Assembly (NCBI GenBank): GCA_963662665.2
Contig: CAXXJS010000040.1
Span: forward strand, 96,001-160,000
Direction: 5' to 3'
Length of the DNA: 64,000 nucleotides
Origin: Candidatus Latescibacterota bacterium
Lineage (GTDB): Bacteria; Latescibacterota; UBA2968; GCA-2709665
In this document: in pieces, positions 29,741-39,145 of the stretch
Layout: each line of letters opens with the position of its first letter
Numbering within the stretch: the first letter of the stretch is position 1
Notes under the pieces: generated by a model
What the model was told of the DNA's origin: nothing
What the model saw: the letters and a program-made list of their open reading frames with translations, nothing else
Database searches by the model: none
Translations under genes and position numbers: made by a program

Positions 29741-30161
29741 GGTACCGGCATCCGGCGTATCCGGGACCTGTGCCGCGAACACGGAGTGGCAGAGCCGCTG
29801 ATCGACGTGTCCGAGTCGTGGGTGACAACTATGTTCGAAAGGCCAACCTCACCGGTGGGAATCCGCCGAGGGGCTAAGGCAAGAGTCAAGGCAAGAGTCA
29901 AGGCAGAAATCGAGGGCAAAGGGCATAGAACAACGAATTCTATCGATACTCCGACACACTCCCAGGTCCAGATCCGAGATCTCGATCGGTTTGGGCCACA
30001 GATCCGTATCGGGCCGGCTCAATCAGGCGATTCGCCTCTTGATGGAAGACAAGCTGATCGAATACACAATTCCAGAAAAACCCAACAGTCGGTTGCAGAA
30101 ATACAGACTCACCGAAGCAGGCAAGAGTCGACTGGCAGAATTGGAAGAAGGGCGATCATGA
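29741..30161 (+). pseudogene. Second RecG-C/Fic-like HTH C-terminal fragment (frameshifted)
   Basis: GTGIRRIRDLCREHGVAEPLIDV, then in another frame RQESRQES...IEYTIPEKPNSRLQKYRLT. Confidence 0.75.
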
Positions 30162-30292
30162 AACCCATCACCTCACACCTGACCAAAAGCGGATTTGATT
30201 CACTACGAAAGTCGCGAAAGTGCGCGAAATATACGGATGGAAAAATCGTCCACAGCCATTGGCGAAATGTATCCTTCACACTGTAGCTCGAA

Positions 30293-31171
30293 TGTTATGC
30301 AGAGGAGGCCGAGAGGCTGGCCAAGCGTCCGCGCACAGGTTCGTCTTCAAAGGGCCTGTGCTACACGTCCAATAGAGAAGACGGGAGATTCTTCGACTCC
30401 GCTCAGAATGACATGCGTTGCGATAACCATTGGCGAACCGATGAGCCCACACCTTCGGCGAAACTGTCATCCAGAGGAGGCCGAGAGGCTGGCCAAGCGT
30501 CCGCGCACAGGTTCGTCTTCAATGGGCATGTGCTGCACGTCCAATCGAGTAGACGGGAGATTCTTCAACCCCGCTCAGAATGACATGCGTTGCGATAACC
30601 ATTGGCGAACCGATGAGCCCACACCTTCGGCGAAACTGTCATCCCGAGGAGGCCGAAAGGCTGGCCAAGCGTCCGCGCACAGGTTCGTCTTCAAAGGGCA
30701 TGTGCTACACGTCCAATAGAGAAGACGGGAGATTCTTCGACTCCGCTCAGAATGACATGCGTTGCGATAACCATTGGCGAACCGATGAGCCCACACCTTC
30801 GGCGAAACTGTCATCCAGAGGAGGCCGAGAGGCTGGCCAAGCGTCCGCGCACAGGTTCGTCTTCAATGGGCATGTGCTACACGTCCAATCGAGAAGACGG
30901 GAGATTCTTCGACTCCGCTCAGAATGACATGCGTTGCGATAACCATTGGCGAACCGCTGAGCCCACACCTTCGGCGAAACTGTCATCCAGAGGAGGCCGA
31001 AAGGCTGGCCAAGCGTCCGCGCACAGGTTCGTCTTCAAAGGGCATGTGCTACACGCCCAATCGAGAAGACGGGAGATTCTTCGACTCCGCTCAGAATGAC
31101 ATGCGTTGCGATAACCATTGGCGAACCGCTGAGCCCACGCCTTCGGCGAAACTGTCATCCAGAGGAGGCCG
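30293..31171. repeat. Tandem array of five 172-bp REP/BIME-like units plus a partial sixth
   Basis: Units start at 30293, 30465, 30637, 30809, 30981 and 31153; each has TGTCATCC...GAGATTCTTCGACTCCGCTCAGAATGACA. Confidence 0.95.
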
Positions 31172-31514
31172 CCATGCCGACGGAGGATCTACTGCAGCAT
31201 CGGATCATCCCCGTGCGATTTGCACGTTTCGATACCTGAGCGGCAGCACGTCAACGGCAGCCGAATAACCCTCCCTGCCGATGAGATCCTTGAAGACCTC
31301 CGCGATACCCGGCCTGGAGTCCGTGCTGGTACGGAAGGTCGCCTCCAGGCGAAAAACGATAAGTGGAATCGTAAATGACGCCCGGTCCTGATCCGACCTC
31401 TGCTGTCACACTTACAGGTTCCGTTGCTCAACGCGAGACTCCGAAACACGGTCGTTTCGGGGTCTTTTGCAATTCCAGTGGCGAAATCATAGGAATCCTG
31501 GATCTGTCTTGCAG

Positions 31515-31653
31515 ACGGCCAGCGACGTAAATCCCCCCACCGCTTCAGCCGTCCTGCCTGCCGCGCTCCGCTTGGCCCAGGCAGGCGCCGGGCCCTTCGA
31601 CAAGCTCAGGGACCGACTCGGCTTCTGCGACTCCCCCTCAGGGGGGAGTGATT
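31515..31653 (+). repeat. Dispersed palindromic repeat, copy 2
   Basis: Same ends as 28907-29031 with a different internal hairpin. Confidence 0.8.
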
Positions 31654-31715
31654 GCGCGAAAGCCGGTGTTTTCATTCGATCGCCTTAACGCCCGTCCCGG
31701 TAAATGTTCCGTTAA

Positions 31716-31874
31716 CAGTCCGTTGAAAAAGTCGCTCTGCAGGCGAGGCCGAGACATTGTGGTCGAAGACAAGGCGCGCGACCGCGTCGAATCGAGGATT
31801 CGGCGAGGGAGCGCAACGCAGTATTTCGGCCACAAGGGCCGGACGCAGCCCGGATGGACTTTTACAACGGGCTG
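31716..31874. mobile_element. 159-bp MITE
   Basis: 18-bp inverted repeats CAGTCCGTTGAAAAAGTC / CAGCCCGTTGTAAAAGTC (2 mismatches); TAA on both flanks; no ORF. Confidence 0.75.
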
Positions 31875-32159
31875 TAAAGGTTTCGTTGATGCGGTTGTCA
31901 GGAAGAGAGGGAAGCCCATGGATATCGCGGGGATTCGCGGCCAGATGCCGGGCCTTAAACACGGCGTTTACCTTAACACCGCTGGAATCGGTCAGTCGCC
32001 GGTCAGTGTGAACAAGGCGGTCGCCGAGGGCTATCAGCAGTTGCGCAGCGGCAGCGTCAGTACGAGCTGTCAATGATCGGTGTAAAGGCGCCACCCATGA
32101 TCGGCTTAAAGGCGCCAGTGAGCGAGGGTCAAAAAGGGGGTCTCAGACGGGACATGTAA

Positions 32160-32939
32160 TTAGGGTTTGGTGACCTCCTTTGCAAGGGTGATTTTGTGTG
32201 GTGTATGTAGGGGACGCGGAGACCGATAGCTGTTTCCGTCGAGGATGATACGGTAGGCGGCGTGTCGCAGTCGGTCGAGTGTTGCAGCGCCGAGGAGTCG
32301 ATTGGAGAAGGCGTTACCCCACTCGTTGAAGTCGAGGTTGGAGGTGACGATAGTGGCAGCGCGTTCATAGCGTTCGGCGATGAGGTCATGGAAGTCGTCC
32401 TCGTGCGGCGGGCTAAGGGGTCGGAGTCCGAAGTCATCGATGACGAGGAGGGGGACCTTGGCCAGGGCGTGGAAACGGCGATCGAAGGTATGGGTGGCTC
32501 TGGCGGCGTGCAGGTGTCCCAACAGTTTGGTTTGTGTGTAGAAGAGCACATCGTAGCCGTTGCGGACGGCGCAGTGACCTAAGGCCTGGGCGATGTGGCT
32601 TTTGCCAGTGCCGCAGGGTCCGGCGATGAGGACAGCGACCTTCTCGTGGATGAAGTGGCAGGACGCCAGTTCCTGGATTTGCGCCTGATTGATCTTGGGA
32701 TTGAAGGAGAAGTCAAAGCCTTCGAGGGTTTTTTCGTTTCTGAAGCCTGCGCGACGTACTCTGAGGGCGAACTTTTTCTGTTCGCGTCTTGCGACTTCGT
32801 CCTGGATGAGTAAGGCGAGGAACTCAGCATAGGACAACTGTTTTTCGGTGGCCTCGCGGTTTCTTGTCGGCAGGGATTCGACGATGCCGGACAAACGCAG
32901 TTGTTTGAGCAAGGGCGCCAGCTCAGGCATGGGGTTCAT
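32160..32939 (-). CDS. istB: IS21 helper ATPase IstB
   Basis: GPCGTGKSH, LLVIDDFG, IVTSN, ATLDRLRH, GNSYR. Confidence 0.92.
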   Translation of the reverse strand: MNPMPELAPLLKQLRLSGIVESLPTRNREATEKQLSYAEFLALLIQDEVARREQKKFALRVRRAGFRNEKTLEGFDFSFNPKINQAQIQELASCHFIHEKVAVLIAGPCGTGKSHIAQALGHCAVRNGYDVLFYTQTKLLGHLHAARATHTFDRRFHALAKVPLLVIDDFGLRPLSPPHEDDFHDLIAERYERAATIVTSNLDFNEWGNAFSNRLLGAATLDRLRHAAYRIILDGNSYRSPRPLHTPHKITLAKEVTKP

Positions 32940-34510
32940 GGCCGTGTCTCCTTGGAATGGGCAGCGTTGTCTATGTGATGGAACAGATCGGTTGTCTCTC
33001 TGCAAAAAAGCCCAGCGCCTTTATAGACGTCAGGCAGCTTATCGGGCGTGTTTGGTGTGTCGGGCTGCTGGTCGAGTCCCCGATCCAGGATGGTTTTGAC
33101 GGTGCGATACAGGGGACTGTCGAAAGCCAATGCGCGGGCGCAGGCGGCTTCCAGGCGTGCGGGGCCATAGCGTTTTTCCATCCCGATGACCCCTTGTGCC
33201 GCGCGTAGCTTGTCGAGGACCCTGTCTGCAAAGAGGCACTCGATGAGCTCCCGGCAGGCCGGCCCGATGCGTTTGGCCTGTTTCAAGCACCATTGCGGAT
33301 CTCGCATCTTGTAGGCCCTGGCGTCGGGTGGCAGATGGTCATCCACAGTGGAACGGGCGCCGGGATTGTGCAGACGGGAATGGGCGGCCACCAGTTGTTG
33401 ATCCTTGTAGATCCGGACCGTGGTTGGTCCTGCCCGCAGCCAGAGGTCGCGGCGCACGAGGCTAAAAGGCACACTGTAGCGGCACTTTTCGAACTGCACG
33501 TGGCAGTCGCCGTGTACTTTGACGGGGGTCCAGGACGCTTCTTCAGGGGGGATATCGGGCAAAGGCGTGAGGAGATGACGCTCGGTTTGCGCAAAGCGGT
33601 TCAGCGGCTTTTCCTGCGTGGTGCCGTGGATGCGGTTGCCGGCGATGGAGAGCACCCATTCTCGAAGTTGTGCATTGGCGTCGGCCACGCTTCGGAAGTC
33701 GCGTAGTGGCAGGAAGTTTCTCTTCACATATTTGACGCCGGCCTCGACGCGTCCCTTCTTCTTGGGGTCTCGTGGGGGACACGGTGAGATGAGAAAGCCA
33801 TAGCCTTCGGCGCAGGCGGCGTAAGCACGCTGCACGCCCGGATCGTAATAACACGCGCGGGTGATGGCGCTCTTGGGGTTATCGATCATCACCCTTTTGG
33901 GAACACCAGCGAAGAACTCGAAGGCGTGGCGGTGGCAAAGCAACCACGTCGCGACCTTCTGGTCGGTGACGAACGCCGCGTATTGGTGACGACTCCAGGC
34001 CAGGACCATGACAAAGACCCAGGTCGAGCAGACCTGGCCCGTATGCACGTCCTGGATGCGTGGACCGGCGCCAAAGTCCACCTGCGCAACATCGCCCGGA
34101 GAGAAACCCAGAACCGTCGTGACCCGCGGATGGGTCTGTTCCAACCCCTGCAGAAAACGGCGGATGGACGAGTAACTGCCGGAAAATCCGTACTTGCAAA
34201 CAAGCGCCTGGTGGATCGTCGTACCCTGGATGCCCTGTCGCCACCAGCGGGTGACTTCCTCCCGATACGGGAGCACCAGGGAAACAGCCGCACGGGTCGA
34301 AGCCAACTCCAACACTTTCGCAAGCGTGGCTTCCTCAGGCACGGGATTGCATAGGTCCAGAAAACCGTGACGAGCAGCAAGGCGGCGCAGTTGACCCACT
34401 TTCTTGCGACCCATCAATCCGGCTTCGGCAATCGCGCGGTCGGACTGTCCCAACCGCATGCGGACAATCACGTGTCGGTATTCGTGCATCTCGAACCTCC
34501 GGTTTGACAT
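32936..34510 (-). CDS. istA: IS21 transposase IstA
   Basis: AQVDFG, IDNPKS, PKKKGRVEAGVKYVK. Confidence 0.92.
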   Translation of the reverse strand: MSNRRFEMHEYRHVIVRMRLGQSDRAIAEAGLMGRKKVGQLRRLAARHGFLDLCNPVPEEATLAKVLELASTRAAVSLVLPYREEVTRWWRQGIQGTTIHQALVCKYGFSGSYSSIRRFLQGLEQTHPRVTTVLGFSPGDVAQVDFGAGPRIQDVHTGQVCSTWVFVMVLAWSRHQYAAFVTDQKVATWLLCHRHAFEFFAGVPKRVMIDNPKSAITRACYYDPGVQRAYAACAEGYGFLISPCPPRDPKKKGRVEAGVKYVKRNFLPLRDFRSVADANAQLREWVLSIAGNRIHGTTQEKPLNRFAQTERHLLTPLPDIPPEEASWTPVKVHGDCHVQFEKCRYSVPFSLVRRDLWLRAGPTTVRIYKDQQLVAAHSRLHNPGARSTVDDHLPPDARAYKMRDPQWCLKQAKRIGPACRELIECLFADRVLDKLRAAQGVIGMEKRYGPARLEAACARALAFDSPLYRTVKTILDRGLDQQPDTPNTPDKLPDVYKGAGLFCRETTDLFHHIDNAAHSKETRP

Positions 34511-36000
34511 CTTGTATCCCTCCTGACTTGTGCGAATAGTTATCCACTGTGTCGTCAGAAGGTAAACAACGATGAACGGAATGCCCGAGACCCCTTTTCC
34601 GGTTACCTCACATGGCGCTATTACGGCGATCCTCGCGTGGCGCCATTATGGCGATCCTCACGTGGCGCCATTATGGCGATCCCCAAATGGCTCCATATGC
34701 CCGATCACTAACACGAGCGACTGGTACAACGCGATGGCCGAGGCCGAGGACGAAGTGCCGGCAAAAATCGCCGCCTTCTTCGGTGCCGATGCAGGGGAAA
34801 TCGCGTTGACGATGAGCACCGGCGAAGGGTACGGCATGGTGCTCGGCGGGCTGCGGTGGCAACCGGGAGACAAGGTTCTCATTACCAATCAGGAACATCC
34901 GGTACCCCTTCAGGCCGCCCAGGGCCTGGCGGACCGTGAAGGGGCGATCGTCAAGGTGGTCGAGATCGACCAGGATAAGGACCTTTTTCTCGCCCGACTG
35001 GAGCAAACGATCACCCCGCGTACCCGGCTGATCTGTTTCAGCCATGTCACGACGGATTGGGGGACCCGGTTGCCCGCCCGCGAGATCTGCGGGCTGGCGC
35101 GGTCCCGCGGCATTCTCACGCTCTGGGATGGCTGCCAGGCCGTCGGGCAGTTTCCGGTGGACCTGCATGAAACAGGCTGCGACTTCTACGCCACCAATTG
35201 CTACAAATGGATGCTCTCGCCGATGGGTACTGGATTTCTCTACGTCAGGAAAGACGCGCAGCAAGTCTTGAAGCCGCTGCGGCAACCGCACGCTCCCGAT
35301 GGTACTGCCCGGCAGTACGAGACGGGAACGCCGGCGGTCGCGCTCTACCTGGGTCTCGGCGCGGGTCTCGATTTTCTGGCCGGCATCGGCGGGCCGCGGG
35401 CCATCGCCACGGAGGCGGGACGAAAAGCGGAATCGCTGCGCGAACGCTTCGACGCCATTCCCGGCGTGCGGGTCATCGGCTCACGCCGCGCCGAAACCCG
35501 GACCGGCATCGTCGCTTTCGCTGTCGAGGGCATGGAAGGGAACGAAGTATCTGACGCACTCCGGAACCGCTGGCAAATCGCCCAACGGGCTACCAACATC
35601 AACGAACCATCCGGTGTGCGGATTTCGGTGGCGTTCTACACCAGCAATTCGGAGCTGGATACGCTGGTCGAAGCGGTCACGATCCTGGCGGGCGAGAATG
35701 GGAATCGGTAACAGGTAAAACGCTGATTCCTTTCACCTTTGCGGTAAGTCGGCACGCCGCGTCGTGGTCAGCCGGAGGAGCCGGAGACGGTCTTGTATTG
35801 TGCTTCCTCTTTTCCACGCCACAACACCCCAATGATAAGACCCCGGATTCCAATTTCCCCTCGTCCCAACCATCCGACACCCTGGTCGCACGTTGCTTCA
35901 CGAGTTCCAGGTTCATGTTCGCAGCCTTGTTCAACCCGGCTGACAAAATTGCTTCTTGATCTATTCACGCCTTTCCTGTAGATTGTCACGTCGCTCTCAT

Positions 36001-36069
36001 TCGACAAATAGACGCTCTGTTAACCGTCAATTGGCCGCTAACGTATCCGACAAATGGACGCCAACCGTT
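36001..36069 (+). promoter_or_regulatory. Three 23-bp direct repeats overlapping the ATPase start codon
   Basis: tcgacaaatagacgctctgttaa / ccgtcaattggccgctaacgtat / ccgacaaatggacgccaaccgtt. Confidence 0.6.
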
Positions 36070-37301
36070 CCCTGTTTCCCCGCTCGTTGGAACCCGTCAT
36101 CCGGGAGGCCCTGGCCGACACGCCGGTGGTCTGCCTGCTCGGACCGCGGCAGTGCGGGAAAACAACGCTCGTGCAGCAACTTGCGCCGAACCGTGCATAC
36201 GTCAGCCTGGATGAGCATAACTACCATCAGACCGCCCTGGCGGATCCCGCCGGTTTCGTCGCCAGCCTGCCGGATGCGGTCACATTGGACGAGGTGCAAC
36301 GGGCGCCTGAACTGCTCCCCGCCATCAAGCTTGCCGTGGACCAGGACCGCCGTCCCGGTCGTTTCGTGCTCACCGGCTCGGCCAATCTGTTGCTGGTGCC
36401 GTCCGTAACTGAATCCCTGACCGGCCGGATGGAAATTGCGCAGTTGCATCCATTGACGGAATCCGAAAAAGCGCGCGCGCCGGGTCGCTTCCTCAGCGAC
36501 CTGCTGAACGGCGCGATCAAGCCGGGCATCCGGCCCGAGGCGGCGCCCGAAGAGCCGTCGCTGCCGGAGCGGCTGGTCGCCGGCGGCTATCCCGAGCCGC
36601 TGACGCGCCCGCCCGTCCGCTCCCGGCAATGGCACAGGCAGTATCTGCGCAGCATCATCGATCGGGACGTGCAGGACGTGGCGCGGGTGAGAGATGCACG
36701 CGAACTGGCTCGCCTGTTGGAGCTGTTGGCCCTTCGTAGCGCCGGAATATTGAACACCAGCAATCTGGCCAATACCCTCGGCCTGCACCGGTCGACAGTC
36801 GATACCTACGTCGCCGTGCTCGAGCGGCTCTTTCTGGTGCGACGCCTTCCCGCGTGGCACCGCAACCCGGCCAAGCGGCTCATCAGAACACCCAAGGTCC
36901 ATCTCCTCGATACCGGACTGGCTGCAACCCTCGCCAACCTGACCGCGTACGACTGGCTCGGCAGGAGGGACCGCATGGGACATCTGTTGGAGTCCTTTGT
37001 GGTGCAGCAACTCATTGCACAGGCCGCCTGGACGGAACCGGATTTGCGTTTCTGGCACTATCGCGACAAGGATCGCGTGGAAGTCGATATAGTCATTACC
37101 CGGGGCCGGAAGACATGGGGTATTGAAGTCAAAGCCTCCCGTGCGCTCACCCCCGGAGACGGAAATGGGCTCGTCAGGCTCGCAGATCGTTGCGGCGAGG
37201 ATTTCGAGTCCGGTGTGCTTCTCTACGCCGGCCGCGATCGCCTCCCGCTTGCCGACGAGCGAATTCTCGCGGTGCCGTTGAGCGAATTGTGGGAGCGGTA
37301 G
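36054..37301 (+). CDS. AAA_14 ATPase with DUF4143 domain
   Basis: GPRQCGKTT, LDEVQR, LTGSA, GGYP, HYRDKDRVEVD...IEVKAS. Confidence 0.9.
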   Translation: MDANRSLFPRSLEPVIREALADTPVVCLLGPRQCGKTTLVQQLAPNRAYVSLDEHNYHQTALADPAGFVASLPDAVTLDEVQRAPELLPAIKLAVDQDRRPGRFVLTGSANLLLVPSVTESLTGRMEIAQLHPLTESEKARAPGRFLSDLLNGAIKPGIRPEAAPEEPSLPERLVAGGYPEPLTRPPVRSRQWHRQYLRSIIDRDVQDVARVRDARELARLLELLALRSAGILNTSNLANTLGLHRSTVDTYVAVLERLFLVRRLPAWHRNPAKRLIRTPKVHLLDTGLAATLANLTAYDWLGRRDRMGHLLESFVVQQLIAQAAWTEPDLRFWHYRDKDRVEVDIVITRGRKTWGIEVKASRALTPGDGNGLVRLADRCGEDFESGVLLYAGRDRLPLADERILAVPLSELWER

Positions 37302-37393
37302 GGCCTGCAAGCACACAGCACTGCTCGGCCCGGCTGATCGACACGTCTCTTGATTGCGGGGACCATATCTTGTAGATTACACGTCGCAGATAT

Positions 37394-37485
37394 TCAGCAA
37401 ACAGACAGGCCTTTAACCGACAATTAGACGCTCTACTAATCGACAAACGGACGCCATTTCAACCGACAATTGGACGATAGCCGTT
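37394..37485 (+). repeat. Four 23-bp direct repeats of the same family as 36001-36069
   Basis: Units at 37394, 37417, 37440 and 37463; consensus YCGACAAWYRGACG. Confidence 0.7.
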
Positions 37486-37732
37486 CCGCGGGCTGCGAAA
37501 GCTGACGATTGCCCGTTATTGAAGGCTCGATGTTCGCTTCATACGTTTGAGGCGACGGTCCAGCGACTGTACCGCAAACTGCCAGTTCGCGGTACCGGAT
37601 CAAGCACTTCATCGTTGATTCACGCCATGCCACGTTGCAGGGGCGTCCCTTGTGGGCGCCCGTCCACATGAAATCAAGGAGTTGGCTGACGGCTGTACGC
37701 TCACTGCTGATTGCTTACCTATGGAGTCCTCT

Positions 37733-39145
37733 ATGAAATATGTCCCCGACCTCCGTCCGCACGCCCTGATCGTACTGGGCGCAGTCTTGTTTCTGTCCGC
37801 CCTGCCCGGCAATGCGAGCCCCGCGGACGGATCCCCGTTGACCCTCGAGGCGGCCCTGAGGCAGGCCCTGGCCAACAACCGGCAGTTGGCGGCAGCCGGA
37901 TTCGCCGCTGAAAAAGCGAACTGGGACCGCAGGAACGCGTGGTCGCAATTCGCGCCAAGGGTGAGCTTCAATACGGAGGTGACGCGGATTGACGAACAGA
38001 CGCTGGCGGAGCGGGACTTTTCCAGGTACTTTCCACCCGAGATCCCCGTACCGCGGGTGGCGTTCCGGACCTCGTACTATTCGTCGTTCCAGGCGCACCT
38101 CCCGATCTTCGACGCGGAGTTGATCAACGGCGTTGCCGTCGCGACCACCGGACAGGCCGCGGCCGAACGGACTCGAGAGGCCATCCGCGATCGAATCCTC
38201 TATCAGGTCACTTTCGGGTACCTGGAGGTGCTGAAACGCCGCGCGACGCTCGAACTTCAGCGGGAATTCCTCGTCCTGACCGGCCTGAACGTAGAGAAAG
38301 CCGAGAGGATGCACCGCGCAGGGAGATATTCGAAGCTGGACCTGCTGCGGTGGCAGGTGGAACACCAGCAGCAGAAGAGCAGCGTGGCCGCGGGCGAGTC
38401 TGCCTTGCGCGATGCAACGGTTCGTCTGCGCAGGCTGCTCAACCTTCGTACGCTGGACTCGGATGCGCTGGCGGACGTCGTCCCGGGCGTTCTCAACGCG
38501 GAGGCCGCGCGGCTGGCGAATCTGTCTGAAGGTGAAATCCGGCGGCTGGCGGGCGTAGAGAACCGGACGCTGGTTGCAGGGAACGCGGTGCTGGCAGCGG
38601 CGGAACGGGACCGGGAACGCAGCCGCCTGGTCTACCGGGGGCAGTACTCGAGTTACCTGCCCGACGTCTCTCTCAGCTACTCGACGGCCTGGCGCAGAAA
38701 CGATACGCCGGCGCTGGACGACTACAGACCCTCGACGATCATGCTCAATATGTCGGTTCCGCTGTTTACCGGATTCCGTAACCTCTCGCGCCTGAAATCG
38801 GCGCAGTTCAGCTATCTGGCACAGGATTCACGCTTTTCCGATCTGGTAGACGAAACCCGGCAGTCGCTAGGTGAGACGGTCAACCGGATCGTCAACCTGA
38901 AAAATCAGCGCGAACTGATCTCGACCAGTCTTGCTTACAATGAAAACAACTATCGGATCGTCTCCCGGGAAAAGACACTGGGGCGGGCATCGAATCTGGA
39001 CGTCATCGATGCGAAGCTGAATCTGCAGAACGCCCGATTGCTGGAGATCACAACGCGATTCGACCTCACCTCAACGGCGGTCGAATTTCACTTCCTGATG
39101 GGCAGCCTCGACGGACTGTTCGAGGAAATGGTGGAGTCAGAATGA
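37733..39145 (+). CDS. TolC family outer-membrane efflux protein
   Basis: Signal peptide, LTLEAALRQALANN, PLFTG, first gene of an RND operon. Confidence 0.85.
   Translation: MKYVPDLRPHALIVLGAVLFLSALPGNASPADGSPLTLEAALRQALANNRQLAAAGFAAEKANWDRRNAWSQFAPRVSFNTEVTRIDEQTLAERDFSRYFPPEIPVPRVAFRTSYYSSFQAHLPIFDAELINGVAVATTGQAAAERTREAIRDRILYQVTFGYLEVLKRRATLELQREFLVLTGLNVEKAERMHRAGRYSKLDLLRWQVEHQQQKSSVAAGESALRDATVRLRRLLNLRTLDSDALADVVPGVLNAEAARLANLSEGEIRRLAGVENRTLVAGNAVLAAAERDRERSRLVYRGQYSSYLPDVSLSYSTAWRRNDTPALDDYRPSTIMLNMSVPLFTGFRNLSRLKSAQFSYLAQDSRFSDLVDETRQSLGETVNRIVNLKNQRELISTSLAYNENNYRIVSREKTLGRASNLDVIDAKLNLQNARLLEITTRFDLTSTAVEFHFLMGSLDGLFEEMVESE

Larger units (their letters stand above)
32068..34713 (-). 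mobile_element. IS21 family insertion sequence
   Basis: TG...CA ends, imperfect inverted repeats TGTCAATGATCGG / TGTTAGTGATCGG, CGAGC duplicated at 32063-32067 and 34714-34718, subterminal 24-25 bp repeats. Confidence 0.93.
31918..35711 (+). pseudogene. Class V PLP aminotransferase interrupted by IS21
   Basis: MDIAGIRGQMP...YLNTAG (31918-32067) rejoins in frame with DWYNAM... (34719-35711), giving 380 aa; SHVT, WDGCQ, CYKW. Confidence 0.92.

Noticed and set aside
30293-31171. CRISPR array
   Set aside because: Whole 172-bp units are near-identical, with no unique spacers and no cas genes
30580-31268. Repeated 79-115 aa ORFs
   Set aside because: By-products of the 172-bp repeat, whose length is not a multiple of 3
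34612-34713. 25-bp tandem repeats as iterons or a mini-CRISPR
   Set aside because: They are the usual subterminal transposase-binding repeats of the IS21 end
8300-37500. Prophage or integrative element
   Set aside because: No integrase, tRNA attachment site, structural or conjugation genes recognised
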